From assembly GCA_039208735.1 (NCBI GenBank), contig JBCCQY010000021.1, positions 1-64,000 on the forward strand: DNA of 64,000 nucleotides, given 5' to 3'. Under the pieces are notes generated by a model. The model was not told the origin of the DNA. It made no database searches and saw only the letters and a program-made list of their open reading frames with translations. The position numbers and the translations under genes are program-made. Positions 29,771 to 39,833 of this stretch are shown here, one piece after another; the stretch's first letter is position 1, and each line of letters opens with the position of its first letter. Source of the stretch: Myxococcota bacterium. Lineage in GTDB: Bacteria; Myxococcota_A; UBA796; GCA-2862545.

Positions 29771-31549
29771 CTAAAAGGTGCCTGTGACCGCGAGCCGAGC
29801 CCCTGTGAAGGCGGGCACGAGGCGGCACTGGCCCCCCGAACACCGAATCCCCGCCGCGTAGCCGCCGTAGAACGCACGGACGGTCCACGCGGTCGAGGGC
29901 TTGAAGTAGGCTTCGACGGCCCCAAAGTTGGTCGGGCCCAAGTTGCCGCCCATCTGGGCGACGGGGTTTGTGGTGTAGTCGAAGAACCCGGTCACCCCCA
30001 TCCAATGGTTCGGTGCGATGGTGAGTGAGACCGACGCTTCCGTGAAGTCGTGGGTCGAGTCCAGATCTTCGCCGGCGTAGCGCCCCCCCCAAAACCGCTG
30101 CCCAAAGATGATGAGGTCGCCGTGTGCTTCTCCAACCAGAGGAAACTTGAGGTCGAAGTCGCCATACAGCTGGGCATCGCGACCATTCTCGGCGCCATCC
30201 CGGTTCTCGTACCGACCTTGGACGTTCGTAAGCACCGTGAAGTCGTCGAGTAGCGCCTCAACGCCTGCCCCAACCACGCCAATCGTCTCGGGCGCGGGGG
30301 CCTTCTGAGCCGCGTTCAGCAGGTCGTTGTCTCGGAAAAAGCCTAGGGCCAGATAGGGCGTGGTCCGGCCGGCCATGATGTCCATCTGGACACGCCCGCC
30401 CGAGATGTCGTTGGAAATGAGGGCGGCCTGGCTGTCGGGGTTGACCGCGCGTTCGTACTCGAGCGTGGGTGGGGTGAGCACCTGGTAGAATTCGACCCCT
30501 CCGGTGACCCCGTTGACCCGCTGAAAGTCCTTGTAGCGTTTGGCTTCCACCTGCCAAACCGTGCTGCCCAGGAAGAACTGGGCGGCGCCGTATAGGGAGT
30601 GGCCCATCGCCGGCTGACTGCTCGGAAAGAGGACGTTCTGATCGAGTTCATCGAGGGGGAACCCTACTACGTCCGCTTCAAAGCGCCAATCCGCATTCGC
30701 AAAGCCGTAGAGGTCAAGGGTCGCGCCTCCGATCACCGCATCCAGCGAGGTGCCGGCTTGCTCGCGCGCCCCTTCGAAACCGATCTGGTTGGCGAAATCG
30801 TAGGCTACGGCATGGGCGCCTACCGTTGCCGGTCCCAAACCGTGACGAACCGCGCGAGCGCCGGCCACGAGATGCCGCAGGTCGCCTTGCAGTCGGCCAA
30901 CATTGATGAAGTCGGCGAACACCTGCTGGCGGTTCAACATCCCCGCTACCCCGGTGATTTCCCAGTCCCCTGGTGTCGCGATGACCGACGCCCCCTGGAT
31001 CGAGGTGTCGATGTCGATGTCGACGTTCCGGTTGAGGTTGAGGGCGGCTCCGTAGCCAAACACCGTGTAAAAGTCCCCAAGCGTGACCTCGACGTCATCG
31101 CCCGTGTAGGCGAGGGCCACCTTCTCGGGGTTCGCGTAGAAGTTGTCGGGGTAGGGCGTTCGCACACACGGCGGGCTGGCACAGTCGGTGATGAGCGGAG
31201 GTGGCGCGGTCGTCCGCTGGCCGTCGAGGAGGTACGGCGTGCCAATGAACAGGACCTCATCGACCTGAACATTGAAAGACCACCGCTTGAGATTGGCCCG
31301 GGCCGTGAACCGGTTGACCTGCTCGATGAATCGCGGAGCGGGACCCCCTCGCTGAATCAAGCGCCCGATGTCCCACTCCTGATAGCGGAACTCGAAGTCG
31401 TTGGTGAAGGTGGTGCTAATGCCGTTTGACTTCTCGGCTTCGGCCGGAGCCGCGTCCTCTTCGGCCGTGGGGGCCGCTTGGGTTCCAGCATCTTGCGCCT
31501 CGGCCTCGGCACCGAGTACCCCAAAAACGACGACGAACATACTATTCAC
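29771..31549 (-). CDS. Outer-membrane beta-barrel protein (DUF6029-like)
   Basis: TLGDFYTVFGYG; amphipathic strands; terminal GIRCSGGQCRLVPAFTGARLAVTGTF. Confidence 0.7.
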   Translation of the reverse strand: MNSMFVVVFGVLGAEAEAQDAGTQAAPTAEEDAAPAEAEKSNGISTTFTNDFEFRYQEWDIGRLIQRGGPAPRFIEQVNRFTARANLKRWSFNVQVDEVLFIGTPYLLDGQRTTAPPPLITDCASPPCVRTPYPDNFYANPEKVALAYTGDDVEVTLGDFYTVFGYGAALNLNRNVDIDIDTSIQGASVIATPGDWEITGVAGMLNRQQVFADFINVGRLQGDLRHLVAGARAVRHGLGPATVGAHAVAYDFANQIGFEGAREQAGTSLDAVIGGATLDLYGFANADWRFEADVVGFPLDELDQNVLFPSSQPAMGHSLYGAAQFFLGSTVWQVEAKRYKDFQRVNGVTGGVEFYQVLTPPTLEYERAVNPDSQAALISNDISGGRVQMDIMAGRTTPYLALGFFRDNDLLNAAQKAPAPETIGVVGAGVEALLDDFTVLTNVQGRYENRDGAENGRDAQLYGDFDLKFPLVGEAHGDLIIFGQRFWGGRYAGEDLDSTHDFTEASVSLTIAPNHWMGVTGFFDYTTNPVAQMGGNLGPTNFGAVEAYFKPSTAWTVRAFYGGYAAGIRCSGGQCRLVPAFTGARLAVTGTF

Positions 31550-32453
31550 AGAAACCGTCCACCTGGGAGCCAGTCATCGCCGGGGCGATGGGTTTCCCCA
31601 TCATGAGGCGAAACTGCGTCCACCGCTAGTGGATTGTGTCCGTGGTTGGTTAACGAAAGGGGCTGGGAAGACCGAAGGCCACGGACTTGGAGTGACTCAC
31701 CGTCACGGCATCGAGAAGTGGGTCACACGCCAGCGGAGCACTGCGGTACCGCGAGCCGCGAGTCTCCACGAGGACCAGGTCGCGATGCGCTCCAAAGGCG
31801 TCTCGGAGTGCCTCGGCAAAGAAGGGTCCAAAAAGCGTGAACAGCGGGACCACGAAACCTCCATGCGATGGTGCGTCCACTTTCGCGGTTGAGGAGGGTC
31901 GACTGCGTCCATCGACGAGTGGAATTTCGACGACCAGCCGTACGCAAAAATCCACCGGAGGGTGGACGCGCTCCGATCGTGGTCTGCCTGCTCGGCAGCT
32001 CCAGCGCAGACGCGTATCCTGCCAGCATCGTGTTGTTCGGGCTGGTCGGTGGGCTGTTGTGGTCCATCGGCGCGCAGGCTCGCCTCCACGAAGTCGCCCC
32101 CCGGCAGTCCTTGCAGCATCGGGCCGCCCTCGCTCGAGCGCTCTCGATCCAACAGAAGAGTGTCGCCATCGCGAGAGAGAGGTTCACGACATCGTGGTTC
32201 ACGGACTCGGGGCAATCGGTATCCAGGCCAACGGCGGAACTCGGGCTGCCCGTTCGCCTTCCGCGAAGCGGAGCAGCGCTGGCCCAGAAGGCGCGCGGGT
32301 GGGTCGGGTTCTCCGAGCGCAGGGCTCACCGGATCGAGGCAGGCGCCGACATCTACCATGCGATCGCGGTTCGAACTCTGCGGACTCAACCAGATGTACT
32401 CGATGCGCTACGGCACCGTGCCTGTCTGCGTCGAGTGCACCTCGCGAGGTTTA

Positions 32454-32476
32454 TTGAAAATGAAATTCACTATCAA
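32454..32476. promoter_or_regulatory. Fur-box-like palindrome 2 (upstream of PepSY-TM gene)
   Basis: TTGAAAATGAAATTCACTATCAA. Confidence 0.8.
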
Positions 32477-32611
32477 ATTGGTGGCGCGCGAATTAGGCTC
32501 GGGGCGACCGGGTTGTGCGTCTACAGCGGTGTGCGCTTGCTCAGCCTAGCCATGGCGGATCGTCGATTGCAATGGTTCGGTCTAGGACGAGCCAATGTTC
32601 GGGAGGGGCGG

Positions 32612-33808
32612 ATGGTCAGGGAGTGGATCGGCAAGTTGCACCTTTGGCTTGGCCTGGCGTCCGGCGTCGTCGTGTTGATCGTCGGCATCACCGGCTGCCT
32701 TTATGTCTTCCAGAACGAGATCACCGACCTGGTGTCGGCCGATACACGCTTCGTGGAGGTGCCGGCGAATCCCGTGCGAGCGGCGCCGAGCCAGGTCTTC
32801 GCGGCGGCACGAGCCGCGCTTCCATACGATGGCTTCGAGCACCTCTACTACACGGAGTACTCCGACCCGGAGCGCGTCATCTCGCTGTGGGCCTGGCACG
32901 ACGAAACGAAGGTCTACCAGTCCGTTTGGATCGACCCTTACACCGCCGAGGTTACAGAAACCTACCGCTTCGCCGGAGGGTTCACGGAGGACTTCTTCGG
33001 CACGGTCATGGAGCTGCACACGTCACTGTTGTTGGGGGCCGTGGGCCGCACCATCGTCGGGGTCTCGACCTTGATTTTCGTCGTCCAGCTTATTACGGGG
33101 CTCGTGTTGTGGTGGCCAAGAAGCTGGCGAGCCATCCGCCCCCGCCTCACCATCCAGTGGCCCGGAAAGGCCAAGCGCGTCAACTACGACCTTCACCAGG
33201 TCTTGGGGTTCTACGCAGGTTGGGTGCTCGTCTTCATCGCCCTCACGGGGCTCGTGTGGGCGTTCGGGTGGGTCGACCAGGCCGTCTACACCATCGCGAG
33301 CGGCGGGGCCGAGCGAACGGAGCTGCCGGATTGGTCGGAGACGGGCAGCGGCACGGTGCCCATCCCCGAAGCCAAGGCGACCCTCGATCGCGTGGCGAGT
33401 AGGGTCAGGCAAGCCCATCCCGACGTTCATTCGTGGATGTTCGAGGAGCCCCACGACGAGGACGAGCCGATCTCGGTCAGCCTGCAGACTGTCGAGGCGG
33501 CCTACGGGTCTCGAACCCTGTTCTACGATGGTCGAACCGCGGAGCCACTTCACGATCAGCCGTTCTCGGCCCTCAATCGAGGGGAGCAGTTGCGTCGACT
33601 CAACTGGGACCTGCACGTGGGAACGCTGTTCGGCCTGCCGACCAAGCTCCTCGCGTTCTTCGCAAGCCTGGTGGCAGCCAGCCTCCCCGTGACCGGCTTC
33701 TTGATTTGGTATCCGCGTTTCCGCAAAGCACGTCGCAAGGCGAAGCGCACCGCAACTAAGCCCGCTGTCGAGCCTTCGGCCGACACGCCGCAGCGCGCGG
33801 CGAGCTGA
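32612..33808 (+). CDS. PepSY-associated TM helix protein (iron-regulated, probable ferric-siderophore reductase)
   Basis: Start moved to MVREWIGKLHLWLGL (GGGAGG RBS); ITGCLYVF, ELHTSLL, TGLVLWWP, YDLHQVLGFY, DLHVG, TGFLIW. Confidence 0.92.
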   Translation: MVREWIGKLHLWLGLASGVVVLIVGITGCLYVFQNEITDLVSADTRFVEVPANPVRAAPSQVFAAARAALPYDGFEHLYYTEYSDPERVISLWAWHDETKVYQSVWIDPYTAEVTETYRFAGGFTEDFFGTVMELHTSLLLGAVGRTIVGVSTLIFVVQLITGLVLWWPRSWRAIRPRLTIQWPGKAKRVNYDLHQVLGFYAGWVLVFIALTGLVWAFGWVDQAVYTIASGGAERTELPDWSETGSGTVPIPEAKATLDRVASRVRQAHPDVHSWMFEEPHDEDEPISVSLQTVEAAYGSRTLFYDGRTAEPLHDQPFSALNRGEQLRRLNWDLHVGTLFGLPTKLLAFFASLVAASLPVTGFLIWYPRFRKARRKAKRTATKPAVEPSADTPQRAAS

Positions 33809-33898
33809 CCCGATGCCCAGGCTCGCTCGGCTGGTCGCGTGGGATCTCGTCGCCCTTTGACTCATCACGGCCACTCCGACCCTCGCGGCCGACGTGGC

Positions 33899-33967
33899 GA
33901 GGCGCGGGTCGTCGATGCTCGAGGACGCTTCGTGGTTCCCGGGCTGATCGACCTTCACGTTTACTTC
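33899..33967 (+). pseudogene. Amidohydrolase N-terminal remnant
   Basis: EARVVDARGRFVVPGLIDLHVYF; the HxH motif reads HxY and the rest of the enzyme is absent. Confidence 0.65.
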
Positions 33968-34299
33968 CACTCCGATGGCAGCTCGTTGTTGTATGCCTAC
34001 CAAGGCGGGCGCCCGCGACATCGCGACTTGCCACGCCCGTGGCACCCCGAGCGACTCGTCATTCCGGTGGGGGGCTCCCGCTTCGATGGCGCGTCACTCG
34101 CCGAGGCGATGCAGCAGCCGGCGAACACCGAAGAGACGTGGTCTTCGAGCGAGACCGAGGTGCGGCTCCGCTACATGGTTCCTAAACGGCGGATCGTCTC
34201 GATCGAACGGCTGGATCCCTAAGGTCGCAGGCCTAGGCGGGAGGTTGGTCGCGCCGAGGTCTTGGCTTTCTCGGAGACCCGGAGTAGGCTTCGACCATC

Positions 34300-34330
34300 A
34301 TGAAAATGAAAATGAAAATCAATTTCATTA
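34300..34330. promoter_or_regulatory. Fur-box-like site 3 (TGAAAA hexamer array) overlapping the receptor start
   Basis: ATGAAAATGAAAATGAAAATCAATTTCATTA. Confidence 0.7.
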
Positions 34331-36921
34331 TTGCAGGCACGATCTGGATGGCGATTCCCTTCGGGTCGTCGTCGATCGCGGCCGAGCCAGTGATCGTCCC
34401 GAGTGGGGCGGGCGTGCTGACCGTCGAGGCCGACGGGCGGTCGCATCCGGTCACGATCGCGCCCTGGCCGGCCGGGCCGGGATGGTCGGGCTCTCACACC
34501 CTGACGTTGACGACGGCGGAAGATGGCTTCGTGACGGTGATCGCCGAGCCGGGTCCCAGCCCCTGGCTCGGGCTCGTGCGTGACCTTCTGGAATCCGTAG
34601 ACGCCCCTGCGGTCTGGCAGGTCCGACTCCAGCCCCCCGACCACGGGGAGTCCTGCATTGAGCTCGTCGACGAGCAAGCACAGCCCATTAGCGCCGAGGC
34701 CCAGATCCGCTGGGAGCGTGCCGAGCATTCGCTCCTGAGTTCTACCGACGGCGAAGGGATGGCTTGCCGAACGCTCGAGCAAGGGTCGTGGACGGTGACT
34801 AACGTCGCCTCCATGTACCTCTCGCGCACCGTAACGATCGACGTCGTGGCAGGGCAGCGCACCACCGAGCGGGTCTCGCTCGTGCCCGAGGACGTGACCG
34901 AACTCGTGGTCGAAGGTTTGACCGATGCCGAGGCGCTCGTCCGCTCCGCTGAGGCGGTGACGGTGGTGCGGACGGATAAGGCCCAGACTCAGTCGGCTGA
35001 CCTCGGGGAGGTCCTGGCCCGTACGCAGGGCGTGGTCGTGCGGAGGTCCGGGGGCCTCGGGTCCGATGTGCGGTTCTCGCTCAACGGACTGACCGGAGAC
35101 CAGGTTCGCTTCTTCGTGGATGGCGTGCCGCTCGAACTCGCTGGCTTCCCGTTCGGTATCGCGAACGTGCCAGTCGACCTCGCCCAGCGCGTGGAGGTGT
35201 ACCGGGGCGTCGTGCCCGTTCGACTGGGCTCGGACGCCCTCGGCGGCGCGGTCAACCTCGTGAGCGAGGGGTCGGCGACCATGTCGGGGGGACCGGTGTC
35301 GTACCAAGGTGGATCGTTCGATACTCACCGAGCCGCGGCTCACGGCCGTCTCATTACGAACTCCGGACTACGCCTCGGGGCGTACGCCTTCCTAGATTCC
35401 GCGGCGAACGACTACACCATCGACGTGCAGGTACCGAACGAGGTGGGCCGTCCCGAGCCCGCGACCGTCCGGCGTTTTCACGATCGTTTCTTGTCTACCG
35501 GAGCGGGGTTGGAGGTGGGGGTCGTCGAGCGTGCGTGGACCGATCGCCTGACCGTGCGGGGGTTTGCGGCTAAGCTTCGTCGGGATATCCAGAACAATGC
35601 CGTCATGACCATTCCCTACGGTGAACCGACCTCGGGGGTCGAGACCGTAGGCGGCATGGTGCAGTACGCACACACGCCCGTCGACACCGTGAACATCGAC
35701 TCTTTTGTGAGCTACGCCCACAACGCGCGCACATTCACCGACGTCAGCGAGTGCGTCTACGACTGGTTTGGGAGGTGCCTCCGGGAGCGAGTCGTGTTTG
35801 GCGAGATCACGTCACCGGGCACTGACCAGATCCTGTTCGATCACAACATTGCCGGGCGGCTGCGCGTCGCTTGGGAGCCCAGTCCGTGGCATCGCGTCGA
35901 GCTGAGTTCCACACCCACCTACTTCACGCGCACCGGCAACAACCTGCTCGCCGACCCCGACGAGATCACGGGTCTCGATGCACGAAGCGATGCCACACAG
36001 TGGGTCAACGGCATCGAGCACGTCGCTCACAATGGCACCGACGCGATCGAGAACCGACTGTTCGTCAAGCACTACGGCCAGTGGGTGTTCGCCGAGGAAA
36101 TCTTGGACGGAGAGAATCCCATCGAGCGAAATCGCGCATCGCACCGGTTCGGCGTTGGGGATGGGCTGCGGCTCGAGGTCGCCAAGACGCTGTGGCTCAA
36201 GACAAGCTACGAACTCGCCACCCGTTTGCCCACCCCCTCGGAGGTGTTCGGTGATGGCGCTCTCGTGCTCGCCAACTTGGATCTGGTGCCCGAGCGCAGC
36301 CACAACGTGAACCTTGGCGCGACGCTTCGGCACACGAACTCGCAGACCGGTCGTTGGTTCCTCGATGTGCAGGGCTTCGGACGCTTCACCGATGATCAGA
36401 TCGTCCTGCTCGGCGACGGGCAGCGGTTCTCCCACTTCAACGTGCTCGGCGCACGCTCGGTCGGGGTGGAGACTTCGGCCAGCTACGCGACCCCGGGGGA
36501 GTGGCTCACCGTCTCGGGCAATACGACCTACCTCGACTTTCGCAACCTCAGTCAGGAAGGTCCGTTCTCTGGGTTCGTTGGTGACCGCATTCCGAACCGT
36601 CCTTGGCTGACCGCGAACGGGTCGCTGCAGCTCCGCGCGCGCGGAGCCTCGCCGGATCACCAGCTCACGCTCGACTGGTACACGAGGTTCGTCCAGGCCT
36701 TCCTTCGGGGATGGGAGAGCGCGGGGCTGAGCGAGTTCAAGCAGCAAGTGCCCTCGCAGCTCTCCCACACCGTAGCGATCACCTACGCCGCGCCGCTGAA
36801 TGAGACCCGCGTTACCGCTAGCGCCGAAGTCCAGAATCTCTTCGATGCACAGCTTTTCGACTTCTTCGGCGTTCAGCGACCCGGACGGGCCGTGTTTGGC
36901 AAGCTGACCGCCTCACGATGA
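34300..36921 (+). CDS. TonB-dependent receptor, MxcH-like siderophore receptor
   Basis: Plug motifs RRSGGLGS, LNGLTG, FFVDGVP, RVEVYRGVVP..LGSDALGGAVNL; barrel motifs RLP..EVFGDG, PERSHN, NLFDAQLFDFFGVQRPGR. The exact start (34300/34306/34312/34348) is uncertain. Confidence 0.92.
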   Translation: MKMKMKINFIIAGTIWMAIPFGSSSIAAEPVIVPSGAGVLTVEADGRSHPVTIAPWPAGPGWSGSHTLTLTTAEDGFVTVIAEPGPSPWLGLVRDLLESVDAPAVWQVRLQPPDHGESCIELVDEQAQPISAEAQIRWERAEHSLLSSTDGEGMACRTLEQGSWTVTNVASMYLSRTVTIDVVAGQRTTERVSLVPEDVTELVVEGLTDAEALVRSAEAVTVVRTDKAQTQSADLGEVLARTQGVVVRRSGGLGSDVRFSLNGLTGDQVRFFVDGVPLELAGFPFGIANVPVDLAQRVEVYRGVVPVRLGSDALGGAVNLVSEGSATMSGGPVSYQGGSFDTHRAAAHGRLITNSGLRLGAYAFLDSAANDYTIDVQVPNEVGRPEPATVRRFHDRFLSTGAGLEVGVVERAWTDRLTVRGFAAKLRRDIQNNAVMTIPYGEPTSGVETVGGMVQYAHTPVDTVNIDSFVSYAHNARTFTDVSECVYDWFGRCLRERVVFGEITSPGTDQILFDHNIAGRLRVAWEPSPWHRVELSSTPTYFTRTGNNLLADPDEITGLDARSDATQWVNGIEHVAHNGTDAIENRLFVKHYGQWVFAEEILDGENPIERNRASHRFGVGDGLRLEVAKTLWLKTSYELATRLPTPSEVFGDGALVLANLDLVPERSHNVNLGATLRHTNSQTGRWFLDVQGFGRFTDDQIVLLGDGQRFSHFNVLGARSVGVETSASYATPGEWLTVSGNTTYLDFRNLSQEGPFSGFVGDRIPNRPWLTANGSLQLRARGASPDHQLTLDWYTRFVQAFLRGWESAGLSEFKQQVPSQLSHTVAITYAAPLNETRVTASAEVQNLFDAQLFDFFGVQRPGRAVFGKLTASR

Positions 36922-36938
36922 TAATTTGGGGTTGCAAA

Positions 36939-36961
36939 TTGAAAATGAATTTCATTATCAT
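36939..36961. promoter_or_regulatory. Fur-box-like palindrome 4, overlapping a putative TTGCAA-N18-TATCAT promoter
   Basis: TTGAAAATGAATTTCATTATCAT; TTGCAA at 36932-36937, TATCAT at 36956-36961. Confidence 0.8.
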
Positions 36962-36993
36962 TTGGAGGTCCCAACTTGACGGAGAAGACAACC

Positions 36994-38193
36994 ATGCATT
37001 GGCTAGTGCTGACAGTTCCACTGTTCGGATTGATGGCCTGCGAAGAAGCGGTGGAAGGGACAGACCCGGCGACGGGCGAGCTCGGCCCCGTCTACGCGAT
37101 GGTGATTCGCGTGGACACCGCAGAAGACAGCTTCAACTACCTCCACCTGCTCGAGAACCTCGACGACCAAACGCTCGACACCGAGTCTGGCGTGGAGCTG
37201 CCCGGCTCCGGCAACGCATTCACGGCCAACGGGGACCTGTACATCACAAACGACGAGACGCTCTCGATCACCCGCTACACGGTCGATGCTGAGCGCACCC
37301 CCATCCAGCAGGAGACGGTGTCGTTCCAGAACCTCGGCACCCAGTGGTTTGGATGGCGGCCCTTCGTATTCGTTGACGACACCCGTGCGCTGTTCTTCGA
37401 TGCGTCGAGCAGCCAGGTGATCACCTGGAACCCAACCACGATGGAGCTGGGTGACACGGTTGCGGTCCAGGGCCTCGAGCGCGGCAAGCTGTTTCCGGAG
37501 TTCGGCATTCCGCGGCAGACCGACGACGCGGTCCTGATGAGTGTCAACTGGTCGGACTGGTACGACATCAACGAGACGATCATGTCGGCGGGGGTGGTGC
37601 GGTTCCCGCTCGACGACTTGTCGGCTTACACGGTCGACGAAGACACGCGCTGCGGTGGTGCCTGGCAGACCGGCCTGGCCGACGACGGCACGATGTACTT
37701 CGGTGGCGATCAGTACTGGAGCTGGTACCGCTACTACGGCCCGAAGCAGAGCGAGTCGTGCGTGCTGCGGGTGAACCCCGGCGAGAGCGAGTTCGACACG
37801 AGCTTCGAGGACGATCTGTCGGCGTACACCGATGGTGAGCCGCTACACACGATGACCCTGCTCGGCGACACGTTCTACGCCACCACGGTCGTCGAAGACC
37901 AGACGGTGTTCGACGAGAAGGATCCCGACACGTGGTGGAGCGGTCGCTACCTCCACATGTGGACGGGCGACATCAACGATCTCAGCACTGCAGCGTACCA
38001 GCCCGACTTCGAGTTCGAGCCCGGACAGATCCTCTACCCGGAGTACTCGGTCGACGGCGTGGACTACGTCACGCAAGATGCATGGCCGAGTGCGGGTTCG
38101 GTCGCGATTCGGCCGATCCTCGAGGACGGCAGCTTCGGTGACGGGATCAAGGCATCGGGCACGCTGTTCAACCAGCTCTTGCGGGTCCGCTGA
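36994..38193 (+). CDS. MxcI/DUF4374-like beta-propeller lipoprotein 1
   Basis: GGAG RBS; LMAC lipobox; SFQNLG, ITWNPTTM, DTRCG, DGTMYF, CVLRVNPGESEFD, terminal LLRVR. Confidence 0.8.
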   Translation: MHWLVLTVPLFGLMACEEAVEGTDPATGELGPVYAMVIRVDTAEDSFNYLHLLENLDDQTLDTESGVELPGSGNAFTANGDLYITNDETLSITRYTVDAERTPIQQETVSFQNLGTQWFGWRPFVFVDDTRALFFDASSSQVITWNPTTMELGDTVAVQGLERGKLFPEFGIPRQTDDAVLMSVNWSDWYDINETIMSAGVVRFPLDDLSAYTVDEDTRCGGAWQTGLADDGTMYFGGDQYWSWYRYYGPKQSESCVLRVNPGESEFDTSFEDDLSAYTDGEPLHTMTLLGDTFYATTVVEDQTVFDEKDPDTWWSGRYLHMWTGDINDLSTAAYQPDFEFEPGQILYPEYSVDGVDYVTQDAWPSAGSVAIRPILEDGSFGDGIKASGTLFNQLLRVR

Positions 38194-38257
38194 GCGACGA
38201 TGCGGGCCGTAAGCTGCTTGTTCAAGTAAATGATGACCGCCTCCGACAAGAACAGGA

Positions 38258-38462
38258 ATGGGCCATCGTGTCTGGGAGGTCGAGTTCGAACCAGCGCGCG
38301 CGCCCGTTGTCGATGCGCTCGAACCGCGTGTTCAGCCCGCACTCGATCTCGACGATCGTGCCCCTGGGGTCTTCATCTAGGAAACGCTACGCGATCTCGT
38401 CGTACACCCTGTTCCGGGCGAGATGCGCCTTGTGCGCCATCCGACCGATCCTTTCACGCATT
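38258..38462 (-). pseudogene. Class I SAM O-methyltransferase (LCM/TcmP-like) remnant
   Basis: RVYDEIA*RFLDEDPRGTIVEIECGLNTRFERIDNGRARWFELDLPDTMA, with in-frame TAG at 38387-38389. Confidence 0.75.
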
Positions 38463-38515
38463 CGCGCTTATCTCATGGATGAAGTCCCCACGTCGCCGTC
38501 TTGACGCGAAGAAGG

Positions 38516-39796
38516 TCAGCGGATGCGGATAGCTCCCAAGCCGAATCCGGGCACCGTGAAGCGTTCCGCGAACGCAGATGGGTCAGTAATGTCGAAGTAG
38601 GTCGTGGTGGAGAAGTCGTCGGCCACCACCCCGAGCATCGGGATCTCGACGCGGGGCGTGCCCTCCTCGACGATGAACGCGGCCCCGAACGCTGACGACG
38701 GCGGCAGGTCGAGGACCGGCATGGCCGACGGCTCCGCCGCCGACAGGTCGACCGCGAAGTAGTTCCAGATCCCGAGCGAGGTGAGCAAGGTCACATTCTC
38801 TGGGGTTACGGGTGTGGTTTCGTCGTCGAAGGCAAGCACGTAGGCCGTCGTTCCCGAGCCGGGGAAGACAAAGCCCGCCGGCTGACCGACGACGGCTCCG
38901 AGGTCGAGGTACCAGTCGTCATCGAAGCCCGAGGCCCCGTCCTGGATGCGCACCATGCACGGCTTGCTCGCCGGGTCCCCCGCGAAGCCACCGGAGTAAA
39001 GCACCGCTTGCGACGTGTGGGACGCGAAGTAGACCGCACCGTCCTCGGAGAGGATCGACGAGGCCAGGTTGCCGCAGACTTCTTCGGTAGCGTAGGTCAC
39101 AGTCCCTGTCGACGGATCGAAGAACACGACTCGGCCAAGCGGCGGACTCGTGCCGTCCTCACGGAAGTAGCGCACGGACAGGATGAACCGCTCCCCATCC
39201 CAATGCACGATGTTGCCTCGCACCACCAGGTCTCCCTCCATCAGACCGTCCAACGAAATCGGTGGGCCTGCCAGAATCATCTTGGAGGGATCGAACGGAA
39301 CGATCTGAAATGTGAGCACGTCGAAGAAATAGGCCTCGGTCGCAGACACGAAATGGAGGGGGTTGCGAACGCCGGTTGCGTTCTGCATCCCGAGATTGGC
39401 CATGCTGAACGCCTCATCTTGCGAGAAGACTCCCTTCTCGCTCACGCGCCAGCGCTCCACACTCGGCTCGTCCGACCGGCCAATCAGGAAGGTTCCGGGC
39501 GCGAACGGATTCACGCCGAACGCCGGAATACCGACGCCGAGGCTGAGCGCCTCCTCGAGGTCCACGCTCACGCTCTCGTCGATCGTGGCCGTCACGTCCA
39601 CATATACGACCGCCCCGTCCTGCGTGAACACCCCGCCGGGAAGCAGGTACTGCGGAGGAGGTGGAGGCCCCGTGTCGACGTCCGTACCGGGGCCCGTCCG
39701 CGGGTCATCGGTTGGGGGCTCGATGTTTACGTTGGCTTCGCAGGCCGCGAGTGCGAAGGCGGCAAAGGGTATCCAGGCGTGAAGGCTTCGGGGCAT
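38516..39796 (-). CDS. MxcI/DUF4374-like lipoprotein 2
   Basis: Start moved to MPRSLHAW..ALAAC; SMANLG, EEVCGN, DGAVYF, PCMVRIQDGASGFDD, terminal AIRIR. Confidence 0.8.
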   Translation of the reverse strand: MPRSLHAWIPFAAFALAACEANVNIEPPTDDPRTGPGTDVDTGPPPPPQYLLPGGVFTQDGAVVYVDVTATIDESVSVDLEEALSLGVGIPAFGVNPFAPGTFLIGRSDEPSVERWRVSEKGVFSQDEAFSMANLGMQNATGVRNPLHFVSATEAYFFDVLTFQIVPFDPSKMILAGPPISLDGLMEGDLVVRGNIVHWDGERFILSVRYFREDGTSPPLGRVVFFDPSTGTVTYATEEVCGNLASSILSEDGAVYFASHTSQAVLYSGGFAGDPASKPCMVRIQDGASGFDDDWYLDLGAVVGQPAGFVFPGSGTTAYVLAFDDETTPVTPENVTLLTSLGIWNYFAVDLSAAEPSAMPVLDLPPSSAFGAAFIVEEGTPRVEIPMLGVVADDFSTTTYFDITDPSAFAERFTVPGFGLGAIRIR

Positions 39797-39833
39797 CGGG
39801 ATCTCCATCTGGGCGGCTCTATGCTCAGCCTTA

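Noticed and set aside
31868..32611. 248-codon N-terminal extension of the PepSY ORF
   Set aside because: It runs through the Fur-like box. The family N-terminus and a good RBS are at 32612. A hydrophobic stretch near 31975-32080 could be another remnant but is not identifiable.
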